NCBI GenBank assembly: GCA_001563875.1
Contig: LKMN01000010.1
Span: forward strand, 1-22,556
From: Nanohaloarchaea archaeon B1-Br10_U2g1
Lineage (GTDB): Archaea > Nanohalarchaeota > Nanosalinia > Nanosalinales > Nanosalinaceae
Reading direction: 5' to 3'
Length of the DNA: 22,556 nt
In this document: positions 8,902 to 16,962 of the stretch, in pieces
How positions within the stretch are numbered: the stretch's first letter is position 1
Layout of the letters: each line of letters begins with the position of its first letter
Notes under the pieces: generated by a model
Told to the model about the DNA's origin: nothing
Seen by the model: the letters and a program-made list of their open reading frames with translations, nothing else
Database searches by the model: none
Position numbers and translations under genes: made by a program

Positions 8902-8977
8902 TTGGCTGTCCTGCGTCAGCAAATGTGACCCTAAAAGGGACAGGGGATGATCATCTGTGTTACAGGACAGCCAAATA
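8902..8977 (+). ncRNA. Putative single-hairpin archaeal H/ACA guide sRNA (predicted target: 23S rRNA helix 69, U1915 in E. coli numbering)
   Basis: 12-bp lower stem TTGGCTGTCCTG/CAGGACAGCCAA, internal pocket (GUCA / GUUAC), upper stem GCAAAUG/CAUCUGU, K-turn GUGA...GAUGAUC and an ANA box (AAA/AUA at 8973-8977) 14-16 nt from the top of the pocket. Transcript ends are unknown. Confidence 0.75.
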
Positions 8978-8980
8978 CTA

Positions 8981-9232
8981 ATGACCCAGATATACGTCAA
9001 AGTAGAGCCAGACTCCAGGAAGTTCAGTATAGAAGAAGACGTCATTCCCAAGATAAAGCTGGAAGAAAGCCCTGAGAACGGAAGAGCGAACAGAGAACTT
9101 CTGAAAAGGCTGCAAAAAATTCTTGGAGCAAAACCTGGTATAATATCCGGACACAAGTCCCGCAGGAAAAAACTGGAAATACCTTTAGACGAAGACGAAA
9201 TAAGACAAAAAATGAGGGAATACGATGGGTAA
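8981..9232 (+). CDS. DUF167 (YggU/UPF0235) family protein
   Basis: IYVKVEPDS...ESPENGRANRELL...IISGHKSRRK matches the family pattern. ATG 8981 is preferred because GTG 8957 lies inside the RNA hairpin. Confidence 0.88.
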   Translation: MTQIYVKVEPDSRKFSIEEDVIPKIKLEESPENGRANRELLKRLQKILGAKPGIISGHKSRRKKLEIPLDEDEIRQKMREYDG

Positions 9233-10355
9233 AGTCGCGCAAAGCTCCGTAAAATATGTTATACAAGCAAAACTTGAGTCAGGAGGAGTTGTAGAAAAAC
9301 CTGATATAGTTGGAGCGGTATTTGGACAGACAGAAGGGCTTCTAGGAGAGGAACTGGACTTAAGAGAGCTTCAAGAACGTGGAAGAATAGGAAGGATAGA
9401 GGTTGATGTAAAAAAGAAAAACGGTAAATCACAAGCCTCTATAGAGATACCTACCTCACTAGATGCCACAGAAACTTGTTTACTAGCTGCTTCACTTGAA
9501 ACAATCGAAAGAGTCGGACCTACAACAGCAGAGATAAGTGTAGAAGAAGTTAAAGACCAGAGAACATCGAAAAGAGACTACATAGTTAAGAGAGCAAAAC
9601 AGCTGCTTGAAGATATTGAGACCGACAAACCAGAACATAGACAGATAACGAAAGAGATACGTGAAAAAGCCAGGAAATCAGAGCTAACAAATTACAGAGG
9701 CTTTAATGCAGGACCTGCCGCAGAAGACTCTGAAGAAGTTATAGTGGTAGAAGGCAGAGCTGATATAGTAAACCTATTGAAACACGGTGTTAAGAACACT
9801 ATAGCTCTGGGAGGCACATCAATACCTGACAAAGTATTTGAACTGGTACAGGATAAACAGATAACTTTATTCCTTGACGGTGATCGGGGAGGAGATCTTA
9901 TTCTAAAAGAGTTTACGGATAAACAGAAACCGGACTACGTAGCCAGAGCACCTAAAGATAAAGAGGTAGAAGACATAACTAAAGAACAGATCCATAAAGC
10001 TTTGAGAGACAAAGAGCCTGCAGACTACGTAAAGACAACTGAAGAAGATAAAAGACCTGAAGAGATTGAAGAACTAAACGAGAAACTTAACAATCTTGTA
10101 GGTACTAGAGCGGTCTACGTTCTTGATAAAAATCTTGAAACAGTAGATAGATTTCCTCTAAAGAAGTTTGAAGAAAATGTTAGAGACTTGGAGTCATGTT
10201 ACGCTGTCTTATTGGATGGAGAAGTTGATGGCGATAAGATTGATCTTTTAGAAGACATTACGGAGTATGTCTTAGGGATGAAGAAAACAGGCTACGTTAA
10301 CTCCAGCGAGACAGTAATTATGACGAGAGAAGAGTTAAAACCGCTGACAACTTAA
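9225..10355 (+). CDS. dnaG: Archaeal DnaG (TOPRIM; exosome-associated primase-like protein)
   Basis: N-terminal GVVEKPDIVGAVFGQTEGLLG...LRELQ...GRIGRI and TOPRIM motifs VVEGRAD and DGDRGG. Overlaps the end of DUF167. Confidence 0.96.
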   Translation: MGKVAQSSVKYVIQAKLESGGVVEKPDIVGAVFGQTEGLLGEELDLRELQERGRIGRIEVDVKKKNGKSQASIEIPTSLDATETCLLAASLETIERVGPTTAEISVEEVKDQRTSKRDYIVKRAKQLLEDIETDKPEHRQITKEIREKARKSELTNYRGFNAGPAAEDSEEVIVVEGRADIVNLLKHGVKNTIALGGTSIPDKVFELVQDKQITLFLDGDRGGDLILKEFTDKQKPDYVARAPKDKEVEDITKEQIHKALRDKEPADYVKTTEEDKRPEEIEELNEKLNNLVGTRAVYVLDKNLETVDRFPLKKFEENVRDLESCYAVLLDGEVDGDKIDLLEDITEYVLGMKKTGYVNSSETVIMTREELKPLTT

Positions 10356-10359
10356 AGAG

Positions 10360-10998
10360 TTATTCCCAGGGATTCTCAGGGTCCGGGTTGTGTCGAGCCT
10401 GCTCTGCATAAAACTGGAGGTCGAACTCTTTGAAGTCGTTATCGACGTTCTGAACGGTTTCAGGTATCTGCCACTGCACACTTATGTAGTGCTCCTCTGT
10501 GGGTTGGAAGGGCTGTTCTTCTTCTGTGGTCAGGTTTCCGTCAAGTAGGTATCCGTCTCCAAGCTCGTTTTCTACATCTGCTAGTGATCCTTGGTAGATC
10601 ATTTCGTCGTCTGAGTTGAATACTCCATCTCCTTGATCGTCATAGAAGATATCTACTTCTACGTTTTGAGCTAGGTCTCCGTCTTCATCGGTTTGGTCAA
10701 ATAGTATCCATTTCCAGGCGTTGTTTCCTGATACAACTGTACTAATAGTGGTCACGCCTGAATCGCCGGGTTTAATGTCTTGAAAGTTGAATATTGTTTC
10801 TGGCTCGCCTGAAGGATCTTGTTGGTCTATAACCTCGTCGTTATATTCTGTAGAAAACCCTATCTCTAGAGTTACGCTACCTGCCTGGAAGGTGTTGTCC
10901 TCTATGACAACTGAGTCGTTTAGATAGGCGGCTGTGGCCGTACCTGTTATAACACCTATTATTCCGAGTAGTAACAGCGAGCTGAACGTTTTTTTCAT
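10360..10998 (-). CDS. SipW-dependent signal peptide protein, TasA/camelysin-like
   Basis: MKK + hydrophobic stretch + GTATAAYLND...NTFQAGSVTL is a SipW-cognate signal pattern. Also IKPGDSG and a C-terminal FYAEQARHN. Confidence 0.8.
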   Translation of the reverse strand: MKKTFSSLLLLGIIGVITGTATAAYLNDSVVIEDNTFQAGSVTLEIGFSTEYNDEVIDQQDPSGEPETIFNFQDIKPGDSGVTTISTVVSGNNAWKWILFDQTDEDGDLAQNVEVDIFYDDQGDGVFNSDDEMIYQGSLADVENELGDGYLLDGNLTTEEEQPFQPTEEHYISVQWQIPETVQNVDNDFKEFDLQFYAEQARHNPDPENPWE

Positions 10999-11176
10999 CT
11001 TATTACCTTCTTTATGTTTGGCTGTGTGTGTTTGACAACGGTTTTAAGAGGTTTTGTATCTGTTTGCCATGCTTTTACCGGCTTATAACGGTTAGGAGGC
11101 GGATACTATTTAAAAAAATATATGAAACGGACAAATGTTGTGGTATGCAGGACAGGTTTTGGTGTCCGAAAGATAT

Positions 11177-11503
11177 CTATGCTATATAGTCAGTTGTCTG
11201 TTCCTCGGCATCTTTCCTGTCTGTCTCGCCGGTTGAAGGCACCTCTATATCTCCAAACTTCTCTTCATAACGTTCAATATTTTTCTCAAGAAGGTTTTTG
11301 AACATCTTAGCCTTCTCAGGAGAGACTATAACAGGGTTATGCTCAGATACGACTGTCTGTTTCTTGTTCTTACCAAATCTGTCAAGCCGGGGAGCACTCT
11401 TCTTGAAGTCGAGAAAGATCTTATCCTCTCTAAATATTATGGCTAGATTATCGGCGTAAAAGCTTCTGCCTGAACGGGATTCAAAGTCTGTTGAGTCGGA
11501 CAT
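11177..11503 (-). CDS. Conserved hypothetical protein, DUF3467-like
   Basis: FYADN...IFLDFKK...VIVSPEKAKMFKNLLEKNIERYEEKFGDI pattern. Confidence 0.75.
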   Translation of the reverse strand: MSDSTDFESRSGRSFYADNLAIIFREDKIFLDFKKSAPRLDRFGKNKKQTVVSEHNPVIVSPEKAKMFKNLLEKNIERYEEKFGDIEVPSTGETDRKDAEEQTTDYIA

Positions 11504-11539
11504 AAGACATTTTAACTCATAGAGACTTTTATACAGAAA

Positions 11540-11614
11540 AGCCCCGTCCGGGATTTGAACCCGGGACCTGCTCCTTACGAGGGAGCCGCTCTAGCCAGGC
11601 TGAGCCAACGAGGC
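11540..11614 (-). tRNA. tRNA-Thr (anticodon CGT), intronless, CCA not encoded
   Basis: Minus strand reads GCCTCGTTGGCTCAGCCTGGCTAGAGCGGCTCCCTCGTAAGGAGCAGGTCCCGGGTTCAAATCCCGGACGGGGC-T. Full cloverleaf, anticodon loop CTCGTAA, TTCAAAT T-loop, U discriminator followed by a T-run. Confidence 0.97.
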
Positions 11615-11710
11615 GGTAATAGTTAATCCGGTATAAACTCTTTTTACAGGTATCCGTTTAACTGATTTAAACTATTTTGACGTATTTAACTTAAACAAAG
11701 GTTGTTAAGA

Positions 11711-11908
11711 ATGCATGAAAGAGTAGGAGAGGTAGCAGGTTATATTTGGCGTTACTTAGAAGAAGTTGGCGAGTGTTCGGTTTCAGAAGCTGTAAAACAA
11801 GCTGATAGCCCTCAGTCTAAGGCCTACATGGCGCTGGGATGGCTGGCAAGAGAGGATAAAATCGTTTTTGAATCAGATGGAAGAGCGACAAGAGTGAGAC
11901 TTCAATGA
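11711..11908 (+). CDS. Small winged helix-turn-helix protein, DUF2582-like
   Basis: VGEVAGYIWRYL...MALGWLAREDKI signature. ATG 11711 is preferred over TTG 11702. Confidence 0.85.
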   Translation: MHERVGEVAGYIWRYLEEVGECSVSEAVKQADSPQSKAYMALGWLAREDKIVFESDGRATRVRLQ

Positions 11909-12849
11909 GTCTAAAGAAAGGAGCTGAAACGGTAATACTACAATGTCTGGATGTTTCAAAGGATGATAAGGTGGTTATACTAGATGATGGGAACGATCCA
12001 GAGATACTCAAGGCTTTAACACATTTTCTGAACGAACAGAAGACAGAGTTCCATATTGTTGATTATGAAGAACCTGAGAACCATGGAGAAGAACCTCCAG
12101 AGTTTGTAGCTGAACAGATGAAGTCCTCAGATGTCTTTATCGCACCAACCAAGAAATCAGTATCACATACCCGTGCAAGGGTTGAGGCGTGTGAGAACGG
12201 CTCTCGGGGATCTACGTCTCCTGGTATCAACCAAGAAATCTGGAATACAAGTCTTCAGGCTGACTACCGTAACGTAGAATCAATTACTGACAGGGTCTAC
12301 AAAATTTTAGAAGATACAGAGACCGTAAGAATTAAGACTGACTCGGGAACAGATCTGAGTCTCAAAATAAATATCGACTACTTCCATAAAGACGACGGAA
12401 TGATAAAGAGGCCTGGAGAGTTCGGAAACCTTCCTGCAGGAGAAGTAGACGGCGCGCCTATAGAGGTGAACGGAAAACTTGTTGTAGACCATTTACCTAT
12501 CGATAAGGAGGCTGAAGGAACAGAAATATTTATACAGAACAGTGAAGTGGTTGAGACTGTTGGAGCCGAAGACTCAAAACTGCAGGAAAACTTTGAAGAA
12601 GTAGAAGGTTTCAGACACGTTGCAGAGTTCGGTTTCGGTACTAATCCTGAAGCAGAGCTTATAGGAAAGATTTTGCAGGATGAAAAAGTCTTAGGAACTG
12701 TACATATCGCTTTCGGAGACAACACCTCTTATGTGTCTAAGGGAGAGCACAGAAACCAGTCTGAAATACACTGGGATGTTATCTGTAAGAAACCTACAGT
12801 ATTTTTCGACGACGAAAAGATGCTTGATAGAGGGAAGAAAGTGTTCTGA
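11905..12849 (+). CDS. M29-family (thermophilic metalloprotease / leucyl) aminopeptidase
   Basis: GTDL, GNLPAGEV, AEFGFGTN, DEKVLGTVHIAFGDN and IHWDV motifs. ATGA overlap with the upstream gene. Confidence 0.9.
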   Translation: MSLKKGAETVILQCLDVSKDDKVVILDDGNDPEILKALTHFLNEQKTEFHIVDYEEPENHGEEPPEFVAEQMKSSDVFIAPTKKSVSHTRARVEACENGSRGSTSPGINQEIWNTSLQADYRNVESITDRVYKILEDTETVRIKTDSGTDLSLKINIDYFHKDDGMIKRPGEFGNLPAGEVDGAPIEVNGKLVVDHLPIDKEAEGTEIFIQNSEVVETVGAEDSKLQENFEEVEGFRHVAEFGFGTNPEAELIGKILQDEKVLGTVHIAFGDNTSYVSKGEHRNQSEIHWDVICKKPTVFFDDEKMLDRGKKVF

Positions 12850-12855
12850 ATGATC

Positions 12856-12870
12856 TTTTCCTTTATTTTT
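12856..12870 (+). terminator. T-rich archaeal-type terminator
   Basis: TTTTCCTTTATTTTT a few nt after the peptidase stop. Confidence 0.5.
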
Positions 12871-12930
12871 AATTGAGCTGTTTTTAAGCCAGTCTTATAA
12901 CATATAACTGATTAGGTTTCACAAAATGTT

Positions 12931-13401
12931 GTGGTGGCAGAAGAAGACACATTTGTCGCGGTAAATCTTTTTGAACATACTGAGTTGATAGATGATATAC
13001 TCAGTAGAGGAACAGAATCGGAGTTTTTTGTAGGAATAATGCGCAATGAGAGCTACATACTGGATAAAAAGGCTGAGGGGGGACGGGAGAGATCCTTGTT
13101 TGATGAGGCATACAGATGGGAGAGTTTCGATTACAGGAGTTCTATTATCTTCAATATTCCTTCTGAAGATATAACGTATGCAGGATCTATACAGAATATT
13201 AGAAAAGTCCATGAAGTGATATCTAGAAGTTTTCCAAGCGCAGAGTATAGGATAGAGCCTGAACTGTGTTTTGATGAAGATTATAGGAGAGAGATGTGTT
13301 GTGACGCTACCCTTGATGAACAGTACCGAGACAGTATCTTTTATGATCTCGGAGAGTTGTTGGAAGATGAACCTTTCAATCGAAACAGTTTAAAACAGTA
13401 A
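12931..13401 (+). CDS. Hypothetical protein (no recognisable motif)
   Basis: 156-aa acidic ORF filling the gap between two genes. GTG start is uncertain. Confidence 0.6.
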   Translation: MVAEEDTFVAVNLFEHTELIDDILSRGTESEFFVGIMRNESYILDKKAEGGRERSLFDEAYRWESFDYRSSIIFNIPSEDITYAGSIQNIRKVHEVISRSFPSAEYRIEPELCFDEDYRREMCCDATLDEQYRDSIFYDLGELLEDEPFNRNSLKQ

Positions 13402-13578
13402 CTCCTTATTATTCCAATGTATGGCAAACGCTGTCCTAAATCAGCCTTCTGAACTGGAGACAGCTGTATCTATGCCTGAGTTTATTACCAAGTTTCTGAA
13501 TATCTTTGGGACCAAACTACTTTGGAGATAAAAAAGGTCCCGGAGCTGTTCTATACGCCTTAAAGGGTTTTTTCTATA

Positions 13579-14295
13579 ATGGTTCTGGATCAACTAAAGA
13601 GCGGCGCTTCACGGCATTTAAACAGTTATGATGGAGATACGAAAAGACTTGCTTTCCTGCTCTGTCTGCCGATGGTTGACGGAGTCTTCCCTATGTTACT
13701 GGTTACAGGTGCTGTAGACACGTTTTCCAGCATGGTTGCTGTAGCATTAACGGTTTTCACGGGTGCAGGAGCTTTAGCAGTCCTCTACTCTTCTACAGAA
13801 ACCCGGGAAGAGGCAGTGAAGATGGTTAAAAAGGTCTCGCCACTAGTTTTTACCGGTGCTGTACTTGTGTCTTTGGTGGCTCCGGTCTTTGAAACAGTTT
13901 TTTATGTTGAGAGACTTAGTTATGCGGCAGGAATAGTGCTAATGGTTATAGCGGCTAAGATGGCTTCGGTTCCGTACTCTGGAAAGTTCTCAACACCAGG
14001 AATAATAGTGACAGGCATGGTTCTATCGGTTAATGATCTTGGAGCTGTTGCCTTAAGCCTTCAGTATGTTGTACCGGCAATTGCCACTGTAACAGTAGCT
14101 TTATTAGGGCTTTATGGTGCTGCAATGGTCAACAGCTCTTCAATGAACTTAAACTATATTAGGAAAGGTGGTGCTGTAGTTTTGCTGATTATAGCGTTGT
14201 CCTTGTTCGGTTTGAATATTCCTTCAACCGCAGGATTAGCTGTACTAGCTTTGTCGCTTGTTGCATCGTTCAGAGATCCTTTAAATTATTTTTAG
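13579..14295 (+). CDS. Multi-pass membrane protein, DUF5794-like
   Basis: GDTKRLAFLLCLPMVDGVFP N-terminal motif resembles the haloarchaeal DUF5794 family. About 7 hydrophobic segments. Confidence 0.65.
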   Translation: MVLDQLKSGASRHLNSYDGDTKRLAFLLCLPMVDGVFPMLLVTGAVDTFSSMVAVALTVFTGAGALAVLYSSTETREEAVKMVKKVSPLVFTGAVLVSLVAPVFETVFYVERLSYAAGIVLMVIAAKMASVPYSGKFSTPGIIVTGMVLSVNDLGAVALSLQYVVPAIATVTVALLGLYGAAMVNSSSMNLNYIRKGGAVVLLIIALSLFGLNIPSTAGLAVLALSLVASFRDPLNYF

Positions 14296-14678
14296 AATCT
14301 ATGGATCTTGAATTTGATGTCTGAGTCCTTCTCTAGTCTTTCAGAGATCTTCACTACTAGACGTTGACGTGTAGGACCTAGGACGAAGAGAAATCCTAGG
14401 AAGTCCGTTATGAATCCGGGGCTTAAAAGCATTATACCTCCTAATAGAAGCATTAATACTTCAAGCATATTCCTAGATACTTCTTTAGCGGTTACGGAGG
14501 TTGAAAGCCTTCTAAGAACCCCTAAACCCTCACGTTTTATTACGGCTGCCCCTACTACACCTGTAACTATTATAAAGAATACTGTGTAGATTAAACCGAA
14601 CTCTGAAGCTATCTGCATCAAGAGATACAGGTCTACAAACGGTAACAGTAGGAACAGTATTACAAGGTATGCTAGCAT
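14292..14678 (-). CDS. fxsA: FxsA family membrane protein
   Basis: LLPFVDLYLL...TGVVG...REG...GGIMLLSPGFITDFLG signature. Confidence 0.92.
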   Translation of the reverse strand: MLAYLVILFLLLPFVDLYLLMQIASEFGLIYTVFFIIVTGVVGAAVIKREGLGVLRRLSTSVTAKEVSRNMLEVLMLLLGGIMLLSPGFITDFLGFLFVLGPTRQRLVVKISERLEKDSDIKFKIHRF

Positions 14679-14726
14679 CGGTGCCGTAGATACAGTTTAA
14701 AGTCTAAACCTATTAAAATACGTTAT

Positions 14727-15764
14727 ATGAAAGAGCTACTCAAACAGCTGACCGAGACCTCAGGCGTCTCCGGAAACGAGTCCAAAATCCGTGAAGTAAT
14801 CAGAGAAGAAGTTGAAGACCACGCAGACTCAGTAAAAACAGATAAAATGGGTAACCTTGTTGCAAGAAAAGGTTCAGGCAATCTAACACTGATGATTGCG
14901 GCACATATGGATCAAATCGGTTTAACAGTGAAAAATATAGATGAAAACGGATTTATCAAGTTTTCAAAAGTTGGAGGAGTAACAACACAGTCATTAATGA
15001 ATCAAAGAGTCGACATAAACACTTCTGACGGCGAGATAAAAGGCGTTATAGGTATGAAGCCTCCGCACTTAATGGATAAAGAGAAAAGAGAAGCTTTACC
15101 CGATGAAGACAGTTTATTCATCGATATAGGCGCGAAAGACAAAGAAGAAGTAGAAGAAACAGGAGTAAAAGTCGGAGACTACATAACATTCGATAGAACA
15201 GCTTCAGAGCTGCAGAACGATTACGTAACATCTCTGGCCATGGATAACAGGGTAGGCTGTCTAGTAGGTATAGAAGCGCTGAAACATTTCGATGAAGACT
15301 ATGAACTTGCAGTTGTCTTCTCAACACAGGAAGAAGTAGGATTGAAAGGAGCAAAAACGTCTGCATATGGTATAGAACCGGATGTAGCTTTAGCAGTAGA
15401 TGTCTCTATTGCAGGAGACGTACCAGGAATCAAAGATGACGAATCAACACTTGAAACAGGAGAAGGAGTTGAAATAACAATGGTACAAAGCAACGGAAGA
15501 GGACTACTTACACCTGAAAACGTGAAGAGCTGGTTGGTTGATACCGCTGAGGACAACGGACACAGCTACCAGCCAGGTGTCTGGGAAGGAGGGGCAACCG
15601 ACGCAGCAAAGATAAACCTCGTAAGAGATGGAGTACCCACCGGATCTATAGGGGTGCCTTTGAGAAACATGCATTCCGCAACAGAAGTTGTCAAAGTATC
15701 GGACATTGAGGAAACTGTTGACTTTCTAGAAGACGCCTTCCAGAGTATGGAAGACTACTTCTAA
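14727..15764 (+). CDS. M42-family (TET) metallo-aminopeptidase
   Basis: GVSGNE, AAHMDQIG, AMDNRVG, QEEVGLKGA, AVDV, GATDA and RNMHSATE motifs. Confidence 0.95.
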   Translation: MKELLKQLTETSGVSGNESKIREVIREEVEDHADSVKTDKMGNLVARKGSGNLTLMIAAHMDQIGLTVKNIDENGFIKFSKVGGVTTQSLMNQRVDINTSDGEIKGVIGMKPPHLMDKEKREALPDEDSLFIDIGAKDKEEVEETGVKVGDYITFDRTASELQNDYVTSLAMDNRVGCLVGIEALKHFDEDYELAVVFSTQEEVGLKGAKTSAYGIEPDVALAVDVSIAGDVPGIKDDESTLETGEGVEITMVQSNGRGLLTPENVKSWLVDTAEDNGHSYQPGVWEGGATDAAKINLVRDGVPTGSIGVPLRNMHSATEVVKVSDIEETVDFLEDAFQSMEDYF

Positions 15765-15778
15765 ACCCTTTTTTCTAT

Positions 15779-16120
15779 TTACTGCTCTAAGCTTTCTGCT
15801 ATAATCTGTAGATCACCTTCATAGATATCTACATATCCTTGTACAGTGACTTCTCTGTCTGTATCTATCCAGGTCTCTGAATCGAACTCCACAACATTTA
15901 TCTCTCCTGTACCATCCGATATATCGAGAAAAAGATGTCCTGAACCGGTATTAAAGTTAACTACCTCGCCGGTAAGCTTGATATGTTCGCCTGTCATCGA
16001 CTCGTCTAACTCCTCGACTTCGTGCTCCGCAGGAGAAACCATGGGCTCGGTGAAAAACATTATAGATAGGCCTATCAAAGACAGCGTTACTGATATCCGG
16101 TATACGGTTTTCTTCCTCAT
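15779..16120 (-). CDS. Membrane-anchored single OB-fold protein
   Basis: N-terminal hydrophobic helix, then IKLTGEV...HLFLDISDGTGEINVVEF...VTVQGYVDIYEGDLQIIA (tRNA-anticodon-type OB fold). Confidence 0.8.
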   Translation of the reverse strand: MRKKTVYRISVTLSLIGLSIMFFTEPMVSPAEHEVEELDESMTGEHIKLTGEVVNFNTGSGHLFLDISDGTGEINVVEFDSETWIDTDREVTVQGYVDIYEGDLQIIAESLEQ

Positions 16121-16641
16121 AGAGACTTTGTGTACACCTTCCTGTACTCTTTGTTCTTGCTTTGGAAAAGGTTCACGTTATCTACTTCTAGTTCGCCAAA
16201 ATAATGGTTTTCGTAGTCTCTAAGCATTCTCTGAACCTTTCTCTTCTCAGAGCTCCGGATGTCGGAGATCCGTAGAAGCGTTATATGAGGTTTGAAAGGG
16301 TGGCTGTTATCTGAAGATACTTTGTGGCTACATACCTGTTTGTACAGACGTGTAAACTTATCGTCTTCTACCCCTGCCCATACGACACGTATATACTCTT
16401 GAGAGGGAAAGGCACCGACATCTTCAACCCGTACCTTAAAACTAGAGATGTTGATGTTGTCCAAGGCCTCTATAACCTGTTCGGTCTCTGTCTTATCTAG
16501 GTTCTGGAAGAACTGGAATGTGATATGCATCTTCTCACGTGGAACCGGTTTGAAACCGAGATCAAAGGAGCCCCTTACTTCTTTCAGCTTATGTAGAAGA
16601 TCAGGTTCCTGAATATCTACTGCAGAGAACAGACTCGCCAT
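16117..16641 (-). CDS. thpR: RNA 2',3'-cyclic phosphodiesterase (2H family)
   Basis: Two HxT motifs (MHITFQF, FKPHITL), plus GAFP and RVVWAG. The start MASLFSAVD at 16641 fits the family N-terminus; the ORF-track extension to 16722 overlaps the divergent gene. Confidence 0.92.
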   Translation of the reverse strand: MASLFSAVDIQEPDLLHKLKEVRGSFDLGFKPVPREKMHITFQFFQNLDKTETEQVIEALDNINISSFKVRVEDVGAFPSQEYIRVVWAGVEDDKFTRLYKQVCSHKVSSDNSHPFKPHITLLRISDIRSSEKRKVQRMLRDYENHYFGELEVDNVNLFQSKNKEYRKVYTKSL

Positions 16642-16695
16642 ACAACTTTTTAACTTTCCTACTCTCAAATAACTATTATAGGTGCCAAAATAATA

Positions 16696-16956
16696 ATGTC
16701 GGACAGACCACGTGGAACACAATTACTAGGTAAGACGATAGTATCTGAAGAGCACGGTAAAAAATACGGGGAAGTAGAAGATGTATCCTTTGTATCAGAT
16801 ACCGGAGAGCTAATGAACCTTCTGATAAACAATACAACAGAGCATATCGATGACGTACAGCTACAGGAAGATAGAAAAGGACGTAACATTGTACCTTTCT
16901 CCGCAGTAAGAAGCATCGGAGACTTCGTAATAGTTAGTGAAGACGATATAATCTAG
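16696..16956 (+). CDS. PRC-barrel domain protein (CdpB-like)
   Basis: LLGKTIVSEEHGKKYGEVEDV...TGEL...VPFSAVRSIGDFVIV. Confidence 0.9.
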   Translation: MSDRPRGTQLLGKTIVSEEHGKKYGEVEDVSFVSDTGELMNLLINNTTEHIDDVQLQEDRKGRNIVPFSAVRSIGDFVIVSEDDII

Positions 16957-16962
16957 TTCTAG

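Noticed and set aside
8902-8974. Alternative readings of the hairpin as a minus-strand C/D sRNA, SRP RNA or terminator
   Set aside because: No properly spaced C'/D' boxes, no SRP helix-8 motif and no U-tail. The plus-strand K-turn, pocket and ANA box explain it better.
8957-8980. GTG start extending DUF167
   Set aside because: It overlaps the 3' arm of the RNA hairpin, and the family N-terminus fits ATG 8981.
11540-11614. tRNA-Thr as an integration site for an island
   Set aside because: No integrase and no duplicated tRNA 3' end were seen in the window.
16642-16722. N-terminal extension of ThpR in the ORF track
   Set aside because: It spans the divergent promoter and overlaps the PRC-barrel start.
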